The notes under the pieces were generated by a model, which worked only from the letters and a program-made list of their open reading frames with translations, searched no databases and was not told the DNA's origin. The position numbers and the translations under genes are program-made. Positions 37,299-52,884 of a stretch of 64,000 nucleotides of DNA are shown here, one piece after another. The stretch's first letter is position 1. Each line of letters opens with the position of its first letter. The DNA comes from Paraspadella gotoi (lineage: Eukaryota > Animalia > Chaetognatha): assembly GCA_051294375.1 (NCBI GenBank), contig CM119263.1, positions 13,254,199 through 13,318,198 of the forward strand, in the 5' to 3' direction.

Positions 37299-39347
37299 AT
37301 GGCGACGACGGCACACCATCAGCAGCAGCAGCAACAACATCAACATCATCAGCATCATCCTCTGTTCCACGGACTCCTTCAACATCACCAGTCGGTGCTG
37401 GCGGGCAACCCGTCCTCCTCCTCCTCCCCCTCCTCGTCGCCGAATCAGCATCCTCTTCCTCTTCCTCCTCCTCCGCCTCCTCCTCCTCATCATCATCATC
37501 ATCCCTCGAGCCTGCACCACCACTCTTCGGTCATAAGCTCAGTGGGCAACGTGACGGGCACGTCGTCCTCAACGTCTCCGTCTCTACTTTCTCATCCCGC
37601 GTCGTCTCTGTCTCCATCCGACTCGGCCGAGGCTCCGGCCTCGGACTTGACTCCTCCCGGCGCCGGTTCACTTCCGTCGCGCCTCCACGACGTCAATGGC
37701 GCCGTCGACTCGGGCGCCAACTCTTCTTCCTCATCAAGCGGCGCCGACGGAAGCGAGAGCGGCGCCAACTCCAACGTGACCAGCGCCAACGGCGGCGCCA
37801 ACGGAAGCAATAACAACAACAACTCGCCGTCGTCGAGCAACAACAATAACAACTCCGGAAACGGCGGCAACAGCAACAACAGCAGCAACGGCTCCAACAA
37901 TCCCGGGTCTGTGTTGGTGCACGGCTCGGACGCCTCCGACATCTCCATCTCCGCCGCCACGGCGGAGCCGCCTATCATGCAGGTGCCGCCGCCAGGTGGA
38001 GCCGCCGCCGCCGCCGCGCACCTGTCCTCGCTGCACCAGGGATTGCAGCAGTCGCATCGCGATCTCTACGACATGAAGTACATGCCGGGCATGTCGCCGC
38101 ACCATCCGGCTCACCCGGGTCATCCCGGTCATCCCGGCCATCACCAGCCCAACGGGCACCCGGCCTATCCTCAGTGGCTGCCGGGCCTTCCGCCCCATTC
38201 CTCAGAGCCCCATTGGCCCGGCATGAACCCAATGCAGGACATCAAACCCATCCACCCGCAGGGTAGCCCGGACTCGCCGCCGGGTGCCATGGCGGCTCAC
38301 CTCCAGCGGGGCGTGGGGCCGCCGCCGCCGCAGTTGCCACACCCGGCACACTCGTGGCACTCGCCGATGACCCCGAACGGCAGCCCTCACTCGCACCTCC
38401 AGCACGGCTACGGACTCAACGGCATGATTGGCAACCCCCAGGGTCTTCATCCCCACGGGATGTCGATGCTGGGTCCGCCGGGCGGGCATCACGGCGGGTG
38501 CGGGTCGCCGGACTCTCGCGGTCACCCCGATCACCACGGAGGCGACGGGAGCGCCGACGAGGACACGCCCACTTCCGACGACCTCGAACAGTTCGCCAAG
38601 CAGTTCAAGCAGCGGCGCATCAAGCTCGGCTTCACTCAGGCCGACGTCGGCCTTGCCCTCGGCACCCTCTACGGCAACGTCTTTTCTCAGACGACCATCT
38701 GCCGCTTCGAGGCGTTGCAACTCTCCTTCAAGAACATGTGCAAACTCAAGCCGCTCCTGCAAAAGTGGCTGGAGGAGGCGGACTCGACGACGGGCAGCCC
38801 GTCGTCCATCGACAAGATCGCCGCGCAGGGCAGGAAGCGAAAAAAGCGGACGTCCATAGAAGTGACCATTAAGGGAGCGTTGGAGAACCACTTCATGAAG
38901 CAGCCCAAGCCTAGCGCCCAGGAGATCGCCTCCCTCGCCGAGAGCCTACAGCTCGAGAAGGAGGTCGTCCGTGTCTGGTTCTGCAACCGGCGGCAGAAGG
39001 AAAAGCGCATGACGCCCCCGGGAACCCTGGGGCCCAACGGCGAGATCCTTATGCCACCGGGCACGCCAGGCAGCGTCCACGGCGGGATGCCGGGGCACCA
39101 CTTGGGCAGCAACGAGCTGCACGGTTCCGTCTCCCCGCCCCCGCACGTCGGTCTCATCCATGGCCCACACGCCTCCTCGCCCCTCCACGACCCAAGCGGC
39201 CACTCGCCCCTCAGCTCCGTCTCCACGGGCGCCGGCGGCGGGGGGCATTCGCCGCTTCACAACCCGCCGCCCTCGCCGCCGCTCCTCGCGTCATCAAGTC
39301 CGCCGTTATCGCTATCCTCCGCCGTTACGAGTGAGTTTTCCAAGTGA
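37299..39347 (+). CDS. POU3: Class III POU-domain homeobox transcription factor (ventral veins lacking/Cf1a/Brn-1/2/4/Oct-6 orthologue)
   Basis: 682-aa ORF with GC-rich codons. POU-specific domain [74 protein letters not shown] (~38562-38783), class III linker [16 protein letters not shown], and homeodomain [10 protein letters not shown]...[17 protein letters not shown] (~38832-39014). The MATTA start and the DMKYM, QDIKP and LNGM motifs resemble other POU3 proteins. Confidence 0.98.
   Translation: MATTAHHQQQQQQHQHHQHHPLFHGLLQHHQSVLAGNPSSSSSPSSSPNQHPLPLPPPPPPPPHHHHHPSSLHHHSSVISSVGNVTGTSSSTSPSLLSHPASSLSPSDSAEAPASDLTPPGAGSLPSRLHDVNGAVDSGANSSSSSSGADGSESGANSNVTSANGGANGSNNNNNSPSSSNNNNNSGNGGNSNNSSNGSNNPGSVLVHGSDASDISISAATAEPPIMQVPPPGGAAAAAAHLSSLHQGLQQSHRDLYDMKYMPGMSPHHPAHPGHPGHPGHHQPNGHPAYPQWLPGLPPHSSEPHWPGMNPMQDIKPIHPQGSPDSPPGAMAAHLQRGVGPPPPQLPHPAHSWHSPMTPNGSPHSHLQHGYGLNGMIGNPQGLHPHGMSMLGPPGGHHGGCGSPDSRGHPDHHGGDGSADEDTPTSDDLEQFAKQFKQRRIKLGFTQADVGLALGTLYGNVFSQTTICRFEALQLSFKNMCKLKPLLQKWLEEADSTTGSPSSIDKIAAQGRKRKKRTSIEVTIKGALENHFMKQPKPSAQEIASLAESLQLEKEVVRVWFCNRRQKEKRMTPPGTLGPNGEILMPPGTPGSVHGGMPGHHLGSNELHGSVSPPPHVGLIHGPHASSPLHDPSGHSPLSSVSTGAGGGGHSPLHNPPPSPPLLASSSPPLSLSSAVTSEFSK
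39331..39336 (+). promoter_or_regulatory. Candidate 5' splice donor (GTGAGT) inside the last POU3 codons
   Basis: ttacga|GTGAGT, phase 1, exactly where GC-rich coding composition switches to AT-rich (TGAT)n sequence. Confidence 0.4.
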
Positions 39348-39839
39348 TTGATTTGATTGATTGGTTTGTGATTGACGATATTGATTAACCTTTGATAGAA
39401 TAAATTAATGAACGAATGAATGAATGGACAAACCACCGATTCATCTGTGAAGCTTCTTAGAATTTTGAAAATTCAGCTTCCTCTTGTATTATTTTCTAAT
39501 AAATGACTGTTCGTGTGATATCGAAATATGTTGGCGTTTTGTTTCCCCGGATGTTCATAAATCGTTTAACAAGGATAAAATATGTCTTCCTTCTTGAAAT
39601 CTTTTTCCCCCCGCTGAAAAAAAAAAAAANNNNNNNNNNNNNNNNNNNNNNNNNNNNNNNNNNNNNNNNNNNNNNNNNNNNNNNNNNNNNNNNNNNNNNN
39701 NNNNNNNNNNNNNNNNNNNNNNNNNNNNNNNNNNNNNNNNNNNNNNNNNNNNNNNNNNNNNNNNNNNNNNNNNNNNNNNNNNNNNNNNNNNNNNNNNNNN
39801 NNNNNNNNNNNNNNNNNNNNNNNNNNNAGAGAGAGAGAC

Positions 39840-39903
39840 TTCCAGTCGGTAACGCGGAGCGATTTCTTACCTTTTACACGGTCGGCAGGTTCGAACCCCG
39901 TCA
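39840..39903 (+). mobile_element. tRNA-derived SINE-like head downstream of POU3
   Basis: ccAGTCGGTAacgcg (D-loop/A-box-like) ... ggtcggcaGGTTCGAACCCcgtc (B-box 39888-39898). The 5' end is lost in a GA tract and N gap. Confidence 0.45.
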
Positions 39904-40417
39904 AGCTTCAATGGCCTTTTTTTTCTTTCTTCCTTCGATCCACTTGAATTCCCGTCAAAGTCAAAGGAATCAAGAGAGAGAAAAAAAAGGGGAAAGAAAG
40001 AAAAGGAAAAAAAAAGGGAAACATAAAAAGAATAAAAAACAAGAATCTTGATAAATAAAAAAAAAAGAGGAAAGTAGGTGAGCCGCTAGATGCGGTGATG
40101 GGAGCTAAAAAAAGGTTTTGACGTCGGTTTACATTTTCAGTAGATCGGATTTGGAAAAAGGACGACGTCTTACTCGATTAACGTTTTTTATTCTAAATTG
40201 TTTTCTTATTTACCTAAAAAAAAACGAAAACGAGGCTTTTCTTCAATTTTCCGAGAGTGAACCTGCGAGGCGAAGAAAGAGGGAAGAGTTCTTCTTTCTT
40301 ATTTTCTAAAAAAAAATAAAACCTTCAATCTTAATTTGGGAAGATTAGAAGGAAAGACGAAGTTCGATCTGGGGACACGTACGGAAGTCGTTTTTTCGAA
40401 ATTGATTCATTTTTTTT

Positions 40418-40474
<57 letters not shown>

Positions 40475-40837
40475 GAGAGAGATTTAGGTTTTTGGTCTTA
40501 TTTTTTATTCAATTTTTTTTTATTTATTTACGTATTTATTTTCAAACCTGAGAAATCGCAGGTTCTTCGGTTGCTTCTGAGGAAATCCGTAGGTCACTGA
40601 CTCGGAACAAAAAAAATTCACGGAAGTGAAACACAGAAATCTGATACTCGACGCAGGAAGTGGAAAAATAACGAAGGCACAACAACAACAACAACAACAA
40701 CAACGACGACAACCACATGTAGGACGATTTGCCGCTTTCCTTCTTCTTAGTTTAAATGTATTGATTCTTAAAGAAATCTCCGAAGTAAATTTCAGTAGCT
40801 GCCCGAAAAAATATCCGTTTCCAAAAATCACTGCTGT

Positions 40838-41214
40838 AAAAAAAAAAGAAACAGGGAAAAAAAGCTTAAAAAATGGTTGGCGGAGGTCAAAATCCACGTC
40901 CGGCTTGCGGTCCTTTCGCGTTCGCCCCGGGCGTCCAATAGTATAATTGCCGTCGCCTATACATAGAAGCCGAGATTTAATTCGAAGCCTGAGAATCGCT
41001 GAAGCGTTGGGGTGGGGGGAAAATGATGTGTGTGAGAGAGAGAGAGACGAAGAGAGAGTACTGAGAGAGGAGAGAGAGAGAGAGAGAAGAGANNNNNNNN
41101 NNNNNNNNNNNNNNNNNCCAAAAATACTGCTCTTCATCATTTTTTGGCAACTCCTATTACCCTTCGTCGCCGAGATTTTCCGTTGCTAATTTTCTTTTTC
41201 TACTCTCTCTCTCT

Positions 41215-41262
<48 letters not shown>

Positions 41263-41555
41263 CTCTCTCTCTCTCTCTTCCCTCATGTTGTCGGGCTGTA
41301 ACCAGAGATTTGAAAAAAAAAAAACAGGGAAAAAAAGCTTAAAAAAAGGTGGCGGAGGTCAAAATCCACGTTCGGGCGCTTGCGGTTCCCCGTCGCTAAG
41401 TTTCGCTCGGGTCGCTAGATAACGCCCTAACATAGAAGCCCGAAGATTTAATTTCGAAGCCCTGGAGAATCCGCCTGAAGCGTTGGGGTGGGGGGAAAAT
41501 GTGTTGTGGTGAGAGAGAGATAGGAGACGAGACGACGAGAGTACTGAGAGAGAGG
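40838..41555. repeat. ~250-bp near-tandem duplication (40838-41090 / 41313-41555)
   Basis: aaacagggaaaaaaagcttaaaaaa..ggcggaggtcaaaatccacgt..acatagaagcc..ctgaagcgttggggtggggg occurs in both copies, with an N gap between them. Confidence 0.85.
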
Positions 41556-42949
41556 AAAGGGAGCCGGAAGCTGAGAAGACGCGAGAGAGAGAAGAAAGGA
41601 GGGGCATGGAGGTAGAGCAGCAGAGAGAGAAGAATAAAGGAGAGTGAAAAAAAAGAACCTTCCATGGTATCGTCAGATTCAGCGCGTGCCGTGCGTTGGA
41701 AGTTGAGGGCATGCCTGGGCGATGACGATCCATCGTCGGGACTGCGATGTCATAGAAGAGTTGGGTCGAGAGAGAGAGGTAGGGACAGAGCAGGTGCAGG
41801 TGAGAAGAGGTAAGGAACGAGTGATAAGAGCAATAAGGGAACAAAGGGGAAAGAAAAAGGGAAAAGATAGGGAGAAGAAGACAGAGTGGAAAGAAGAAAG
41901 AGGAGGATAGGGAGACAAGAGGAAAAATAGAGCAGGAAGAAAAGAGGACAGAAAAGAAAAGGTCCGAAACAAGAGAAAAGATGAAAAAAGAAACAGGCAA
42001 GAATGGAAAATTTAGAAAAAGAAATAGAAGAAATAGGAACAAAATAAATCGAGTAGAGAGAAGAGAAATGATGGGAGAGCAGAGAACGAGAGAGAGAAGA
42101 ATAACAAAGAATGAAAACAAAAAATAAAAGGAAAGAAAAAGGCAAAAGGAGCCCGTGTCGACGCCGAGCAGTCCTTACCATCGTCCCCTTTCCAATAATC
42201 CGCTTTGGACATCGTCTTCCTCTTTCGAAACTGGCGCCTGTCAACGAAGGATCCTCCGACTCGTTCCAACATTGAAGTTGTTGTTGTTGTTCATCCTCGT
42301 CTTCGTCTTCGACTCGAGGCGGGGCCCGCTTTTCTTCGGTCCGATCCCTCGGGCCTTTAATTCATCGTTAATTCGTCGAAGAGGTCCTACCTCCTCATTC
42401 GGAGGGAGAAGACGTCCTCCGCCGTTCGGACGACTCTTTTCTCCGTCCAGGCAATCCAGTTTCCCGTTTTGATTCCGCGTATCGCCGGGTTGGAATAAGT
42501 TCTGTTCCCGCGTTATTGGGCCGCTCTTACGCCCCATCTTTCTTACATCGGAGACTTTGACATTTTTACTCGATTTCGGCTATAAAAAATTAAGGCACGT
42601 TCTTTAAAAACAATTTCCGTAAAATTAAAATCGAAAAAAAATGATTACTATTAAATAAAAAAAAATAGATGGGTTGAAAATTGCTGACTATTGCACCGTC
42701 GAATAATACGCAAGACGCAAAGATACCAGACAGATTGACAGTGTTAGTGTTTAAGTAGCAAGTAGGAGATTTCTTATTATTAATTTGTCACCAAAAACGT
42801 CATAATCACTTATCGCCTCTCTCCATCAGAAAGCGATGTTTTATCATACTGCACAATAATCATACCTGGCTTCTTCTCCAATCACAGCGCGCACGTTCTC
42901 TCCAGCGGCTCTCTCCCAAAGCTTTCTGCTATTCTGCCCTCCTCGGTCG

Positions 42950-43300
42950 GATCCTCCTAAGGGCATACCGCACGGCGTCCCATCTCCAACTCCCGAGACG
43001 ACCGTCATTACATTTCTTTAAGACGGGCTCGATGAAGCCGCCGTCGGAAAAAGGTCTTATCAAGGCACTTGCACGAAATCTTTTGGACTGTATCAAAGGT
43101 GAGATCCATGACTATTTCGGCGTCGGCCACGGCTGATGAGCGGCGATATATGGCGCCAAATAAACCGGCGCCATTGAAGTTGAAAGTGGAGCCTAATTGG
43201 CGAGCTTCGAGCGCCGTCAGTAATAGCCGGCTGACGGTGGGCAAAAGCGCCTTCATCGCAGCCCCAGAAAGAGCATATGGTGGGCGTGGAATCTGGAGGA
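42950..43300 (-). mobile_element. Possible degenerate LINE reverse-transcriptase fragment
   Basis: Minus-strand ORF 43008..43361 has RPPYALS..MKAL, AIYRRSS.VADA and MDLTFDTV in the order of RT motifs (YRPIAL..MK, QFAYR..S..DA, D...FDTV), followed by CGMPLGG (cf. GxPQG) at about 42955-42975. Spacing is irregular and the region is noisy. Confidence 0.3.
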
Positions 43301-43882
43301 GCGTGGCGACGGCAGAGACCGAGGGCGCACGTGTGTCGCGAAGGAATGAAAAACTTTTCATACCGCGAAAGAAAATTGGAATGAAGACGAGCTAGAGCTC
43401 GAGCATAAGAATGCATAGACTGGGGACGACCGCCATCCGACCTGAAGCGGACGCGGGACGATTATGAGAGTTGGAGAGAACGATAAGGTAGTAGAAGAAA
43501 GGCAAGCTGCAGCTCGGGAACATGCTGGCGGCGCACCGAGTCTGGTCAGAATCAAGGATTGTTAGAGGCCATACAAAATCCAGAGACTACCGCCGCTCGT
43601 TAAGCGCCCATGTGCGAACCACTCACCTCGCTTTTATAAAAGGACCAGAGATGAGCGCGAGAGCGCATGTGAACGGAGAGATCGAGGGTATTAAGAAAGT
43701 GAGAGAAGAGTTGCGACCGGCGCGCGAAATGACGTGCACGACGCGCCGCATCCGACACGTCTCCGTCCTGCGTGTCGGGCATGCGAGTTCGAACAGAATC
43801 AGAGGAGCACACGTTTCTCCGCGCAGCTCGCTACTCGTGTCACGCATGACTGGAGGAGCAGTGTCGCGCGGAAAATATGATG

Positions 43883-47000
<3,118 letters not shown>

Positions 47001-47410
47001 TCCTCCCACTTCTCACTACAATCCAGCTCCCTTTTATCTTCCCTCTCATCTTCCGTCTCAAAATTCCGCCTCTTTTCTCCCTTCTCCTTTCTGTTCCATC
47101 CTTTCCTTTATTTCCTTTTTTTCCTTACCTTTTTTTCCCCTTTTTCTTCCTCTCCTTCATTCGTTTTCATTCCTCCATCTTTTCCACTTTGGTTCTGATC
47201 TCCAACTTGGCGCCTAGTTTTCTCTTTGTCTCTTTTTACCGATGACGCTGTATCAACGGGGCGACGTCAAAACAGCGACGGGTCGTCCGCCGATTTTATT
47301 TTTCGTGAAAGTTTAACGTCGACGCCGAGTCTCTTCGGATCGTCGCCGTCTCTGTCTCTCTCTCTCTATACCAGGGAGAGAGAGAAGAGGAGAGAGAGGA
47401 GAGATGACGA

Positions 47411-47447
<37 letters not shown>

Positions 47448-47515
47448 TTTGACGTTGGCCTGTCAAGACATGAACGACGAACGACGATGGCTTCCAGGTT
47501 GTCATCGAGCCGACG

Positions 47516-47565
47516 ACGCGTCACGCGCGTGACAACGCGTGACAAAGCGTCACGTGACGATGACA
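47516..47565. promoter_or_regulatory. Cluster of GTCAC/GTGAC half-sites including palindromic CGTCACGTGACG
   Basis: gacgcgtcacgcgcgtgacaacgcgtgacaaagcgtcacgtgacgatgac. E-box/CRE-like function is inferred only. Confidence 0.35.
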
Positions 47566-48439
47566 CGGCGACCCAATTCTTTTTTTCCGTCGCGTTTCGG
47601 CGACGGGAAAGTCTTTTCATTTTTCTTCTCCCGAAAATCCCGTTTGCGTTGAGGTTTATATCTCCTGAGTCCAAAGCTGAAACGCAAAGGATGAAAACGA
47701 AAAGTCATGAAGAATCATCTCCACATTTTTCTCTTTTTTTTAGTTTATGTTCATTTTTGGTCGAATTTTCTTTTTATTGCGTTCATATTTTTATGATCCT
47801 TTTGGCAGTCATTGTTTCTACATGCAAGTTGTTTCTTATTTTTTAATTGGTTTTGTTTTATTTCAAAAGTTTTGTTCCTTTTTCTATTTTTTTTCCTTTT
47901 TTTTTGGTTATACTTCTATTTTAATTTTTCTCATATTTTATTTCATATCATATCATTTTTAATATCTCCTTTTTTCTTTTATATTCAGCGCTGTTTACAT
48001 TTCCGTGACTACATTTTTCTTGTCTAAGCTGAATTATACATAGAAAATTTATTATTTTATAACATTCTATTAATTCAGCTCCGTTAAACCTTTGTACATT
48101 CAACAATAGAAAAATTTAAGCATATAACTTTTCTTGTAATAAAAATATATTTTAAAGACATATATTTTAATAAAAATTTCCTCGAAAGATATAAGCTGAA
48201 TACGACTGACGCCTCGTGCTTCCCCACCTTCCTTCGCATTTTTCACTTACCTTTTTTCGGTCGTTTAGAGGAAAAGACGGAAAGGATTTTCCCTCCTAAT
48301 TTCAAATTTATCTTTTATATTTAATTTTTTCTTTCGAGAAAGTAGATGTTTGAAACATTAAAAAGAAAAAAAATATGATGAATGCCGATTAAAGTCTGCG
48401 TTAATTTTCCCGCCTTTTGAAAACTTTTTCTTTTCTTTT

Positions 48440-48539
<100 letters not shown>

Positions 48540-49491
48540 TTTTTTGTTCAAATTCGTTCCGACAAATAAAAAAAATAAGATTAGAAAAACTTGGGATCAT
48601 TAATCATAAAGAAAACGATGGAGGAAAAAGGGGTAATCGGGATTGGGCGAGAGGGAGGGGCGATGAATTAGAAACGCGAGAAGGATGGATCTATGTCTCT
48701 TGACTTCTCATCTGAAACAAGAAAGAAAGAAAAAAAAAGAAAGAAGGAAAGAAAGAATTAGAGAAATAAAGAACGAAAAAAAAAGAAAGAAAAGACGAAT
48801 GAGTGAAGCAGGGAAGAAGAGCGAAAGAAGTGCAAGAGATATGGAAGGCACGTCGATTAGTCCAACAGCTGATCGCCCATCTCGTCGTCGTCGTTGTCGT
48901 CGTCTTCGTCGTCGTCGTCGTCTTCTTGTTGATGGTCTTCATTTGCTGTGTAGTGCACCGAGATGATGCTTAGGCTGCCTTCCTCCGTCTCTCCTTTTTT
49001 TCTCTCTTTTTCTTTTCCCCTCCTCTTTCCTTTTTTATCTCTTTCCTCCGCTCGGTTCTTCCCAGCTTTTCCTCCACCTCAAAATGGGGCAAAGGATGTA
49101 GAAAGCGACTGAGCTCTATTAAAAAAGCTTCGGGCCATCGAATTAAAGGCGAAAAAAGATTAGTTTATAGAGAATTATATAGGTTAACTATTTAATCCTG
49201 CGTTGTGTATTTAAAGCAAACGGTGAACGAAATTCGTCATTCGCTGATAAACAAATTGGTGATACGTTAACTTTTCTATTAACAGGAAAATAACATTAAT
49301 TATTGGTATTGAATAATGGCGTTATTATTGATAATTGAAATCGACATTCCCCGACGTCGCCGGCTAAGAATAAAAAACAATTTGCTAAACAAAGAGCATC
49401 GAATCAATTTTTTCCATTCCTCGAAAAATTGAATTAAAAATCCAGACAGAGAGAGAGATATGGTGGGTTTGTGTGTGTGTGTGTTTGTGTG

Positions 49492-49570
<79 letters not shown>

Positions 49571-49850
49571 CGGGTAAAAATTAAAACAAATTAAAGCCGG
49601 AGAAAATCTCGTCGAGTTTCTAAACGGCAAAAACTCAATAGCAGAAAAGAAAAGAAAAAAAAAGGGAGGAAAAAAGAAAAGGAAAAAGGGGATGAAAAAG
49701 AAAGACATAAAGAAAGAAAAAAAGAAAAAGAAGAATAAAAAGAAGGCAAAGAAAGACTAGACTTTTCTTTCCATCTCAATTTAAAACCAGCGTTTCACTT
49801 GTTTCGATAATACGACTCTGTGGAAGGAAATTTCTCTCGCTTTATTTCTG

Positions 49851-49967
<117 letters not shown>

Positions 49968-50335
49968 TCCGTTCTCTCATATATCCCCTCCGGTTGTACG
50001 TGATCACTGCGTACGTGACACTTCGTCCTCCTGGCAAAGAGTCAGTTTGCTTCTCTGCCTCCGTTTTCCTTCCTGGCCTTACTTTCACATTTACAGCAGC
50101 CGTCATCCCTTCGCCAGTCGTCGTCCACGTTTTTTTTTACCGCCATGACACTCACTTTCTTTCCCCCTTCTCCCCCTCTCTCTCCCCTTTCCAGTACTCA
50201 ATATCGTTTAGTTCTGAATTTACAGATATCTAACAGTAATTTATTCATTGGCTTTTCCTTCTTTGAAAAAAAAAGGAAAAAAAAAGGAACAAAAGTAAAA
50301 CGAACCCAACTGAACAGTTCAAGATCTCGGCTGAA

Positions 50336-50434
<99 letters not shown>

Positions 50435-51002
50435 CCAACTCTCCGGATTCTTATTTTCTCTTTTCTAATTTTCTCTCTCTCTCTCTGCGCGGCGGCCCCA
50501 AGCCTTTATGTCTTTCATTGGGAGCGGGGGTATTCAGCTCTTCCACGGGGCAAAAGTCTTGCGCGTGCTGAGGGGCCTTGGCGGCTTCGCAGCGCGGGGT
50601 GTGGGGGCCTGAGCGGGGCGCGGCCCTTTAAGGGCAGGGAGAGTCTTTTTTATAAAATTGGCGCGCTGCATGGTATAGTGAAAGAGGCGTTTGAATTAAA
50701 AAGAAGCAAGGGGCGTATAGGTGGTTGTTTGATTTTTTCGATTGGATCGAACAGAGTTTGCAAATTTGCCTGTTCCTCTCAGTGAGACGATAGGTAAGGT
50801 TTTGAAAAAAAATCGTTTCAAAGTGTCAAAAATAATTTGAAAAACCTCACCACAACTTTTTTTAAATCTTTGCTCAGGTCTTGAAAAAAAAAAACACGCT
50901 AAACTCACACGAAGTATAAAACTCTCGACGACCGACAGAGTAATGTTCCTCTTCTTATTTCTCTCTCCTTTTAATAACTCTCTCACTCTCTCCTCTCTCA
51001 CT

Positions 51003-51065
<63 letters not shown>

Positions 51066-51312
51066 TCTTCTCTCTCTTCTCTCTCCTCCCACATCTTTGC
51101 CAATTTGGAAAAAGGAAGGGGAAAGAGAAGAAATAACGAAAGAATAAAATAAAAAGAGTTAACCTTCGCCGCCGAAAGTCGTTGGAAGTTTATTAGTTTT
51201 ATTTCGTCTGTGAGCCTTTATTTTACTGGGACTACAAACCGCTTTTCCAAATGGAGCGACTTAACAAGGTGCGGGCAAAACTGGGGGCGGCAAGGGAGAT
51301 GGGGAGGGAGGT

Positions 51313-51348
<36 letters not shown>

Positions 51349-52884
51349 CAGACAGAGAATTTGGGTTGTTGGCTTCACGATTTTTTTTTTCGGTCTGAGT
51401 CTTAGTTTCCTTTTTTAGGCTTCGATTCGATTTGAGGTTCAATTCTCGGCCTTTTACTTCTTAACTCGAGACCGTTCCTCAAAGTTGTTGCATTTTCTTT
51501 TCTTTTCTTTTCTTTTTTTTCGTTTTTATTTCTTAATTCTTTGTTCTTTCGAATTCTTCTTCTTCGTCGCCTCTTTCTTCGTTCCTTCTCATTTCTTCTC
51601 CATTCTTCTCACTCCTTTTTTTTTTTTCTTCCTCCCTTTTCTTTTTTGATCTAGGATCTACGACGTGCCTTTGTTCATCTCGGCTTAATCTTGTCTAACC
51701 CTTTTTACTCTGAGAGGCTCTCGTCGACCTCCTCTTCGTTCTATTTTCTCCTTCCTTCCTCCCTCTCCTTTTCCTCCTCCCCTCTCCCTCATCCCGGCAT
51801 CAAAGTTCGTATCTGGTGGTCGTCGATCGACCCCTGCCATTTTTATGGTGCGAGGCGTAGAAACTTAAGGGCCTCACCCGCGTCATCCCATAATTTTCCC
51901 TCCCCCCCTCCTCCTTCGCTACGTCGTCGTTTTCGTCGTTTTCATCGTCGTCGTCGTCGTATTCTTTTTCTTATTCGAGGACTGAGAACTTTCTCTCAGT
52001 TCCATTCCCTTCCACGATGAAACTAGTCTGCGAACTTACCCTCTAGGATTCCGTCGACGATTCACCTGGTTTTTAGTGAAGGGGTCGGCCTCGCTTCCTT
52101 AATCTCACCTCCCTAGCGCGACAGTTCATTAGCCTCTTCTCATTTTTTTGTCACTCTACTTTTCACTCAAATAAATCATTCTCAAATATTCCAAAGTATT
52201 CTTGAATCTCTACATTTGAATTTGTTTCATGAATCAACTTTCAACATAAACACATTCACGCAGGTCTAACGATTCATTCCCTTATTTCTCCGTTTCACCT
52301 CCCAACACTCCCGGTTTTCACCCAATCCAGGCTCCAGGACTCCTAATCCCNNNNNNNNNNNNNNNNNNNNNNNNNNNNNNNNNNNNNNNNNNNNNNNNNN
52401 NNNNNNNNNNNNNNNNNNNNNNNNNNNNNNNNNNNNNNNNNNNNNNNNNNNNNNNNNNNNNNNNNNNNNNNNNNNNNNNNNNNNNNNNNNNNNNNNNNNN
52501 NNNNNNNNNNNNNNNNNNNNNNNNNNNNNNNNNNNNNNNNNNNNNNNNNNNNNNNNNNNNNNNNNNNNNNNNNNNNNNNNNNNNNNNNNNNNNNNNTCAT
52601 TTCTATCTCGTTGATAGTCATATCCTTACTCATTTTACTCTTTTCCATTTCATCTTTTATAACTTAAACCCCACTCAATTAAACCCTGACCCCGCGAACG
52701 AGGCGTAGCCATAGTAACCTTGAACCGCTTTTCCCTCACCTTTCCCCTTTCCCGTCATCCACCCCCTTGCCTTCGCGCTGCCCTTCGGTCGTGATACTCG
52801 ATCGTCTCCTCATTCTCCTTCCTCCCTTTCTCATCTTTCCCTCGATTCTCCTTCCTCCCTTTCTCATCTTTAAAAGAAGAGTAT

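Noticed and set aside
37592-39260. Antisense and alternate-frame ORFs over POU3 (e.g. 38202..38891, 38687..39226)
   Set aside because: Shadow ORFs caused by GC-rich codon usage.
39345-39356. vvl-like stop-codon readthrough
   Set aside because: TGA is followed by TTG ATT TGA, so there is no readthrough context and no extension ORF.
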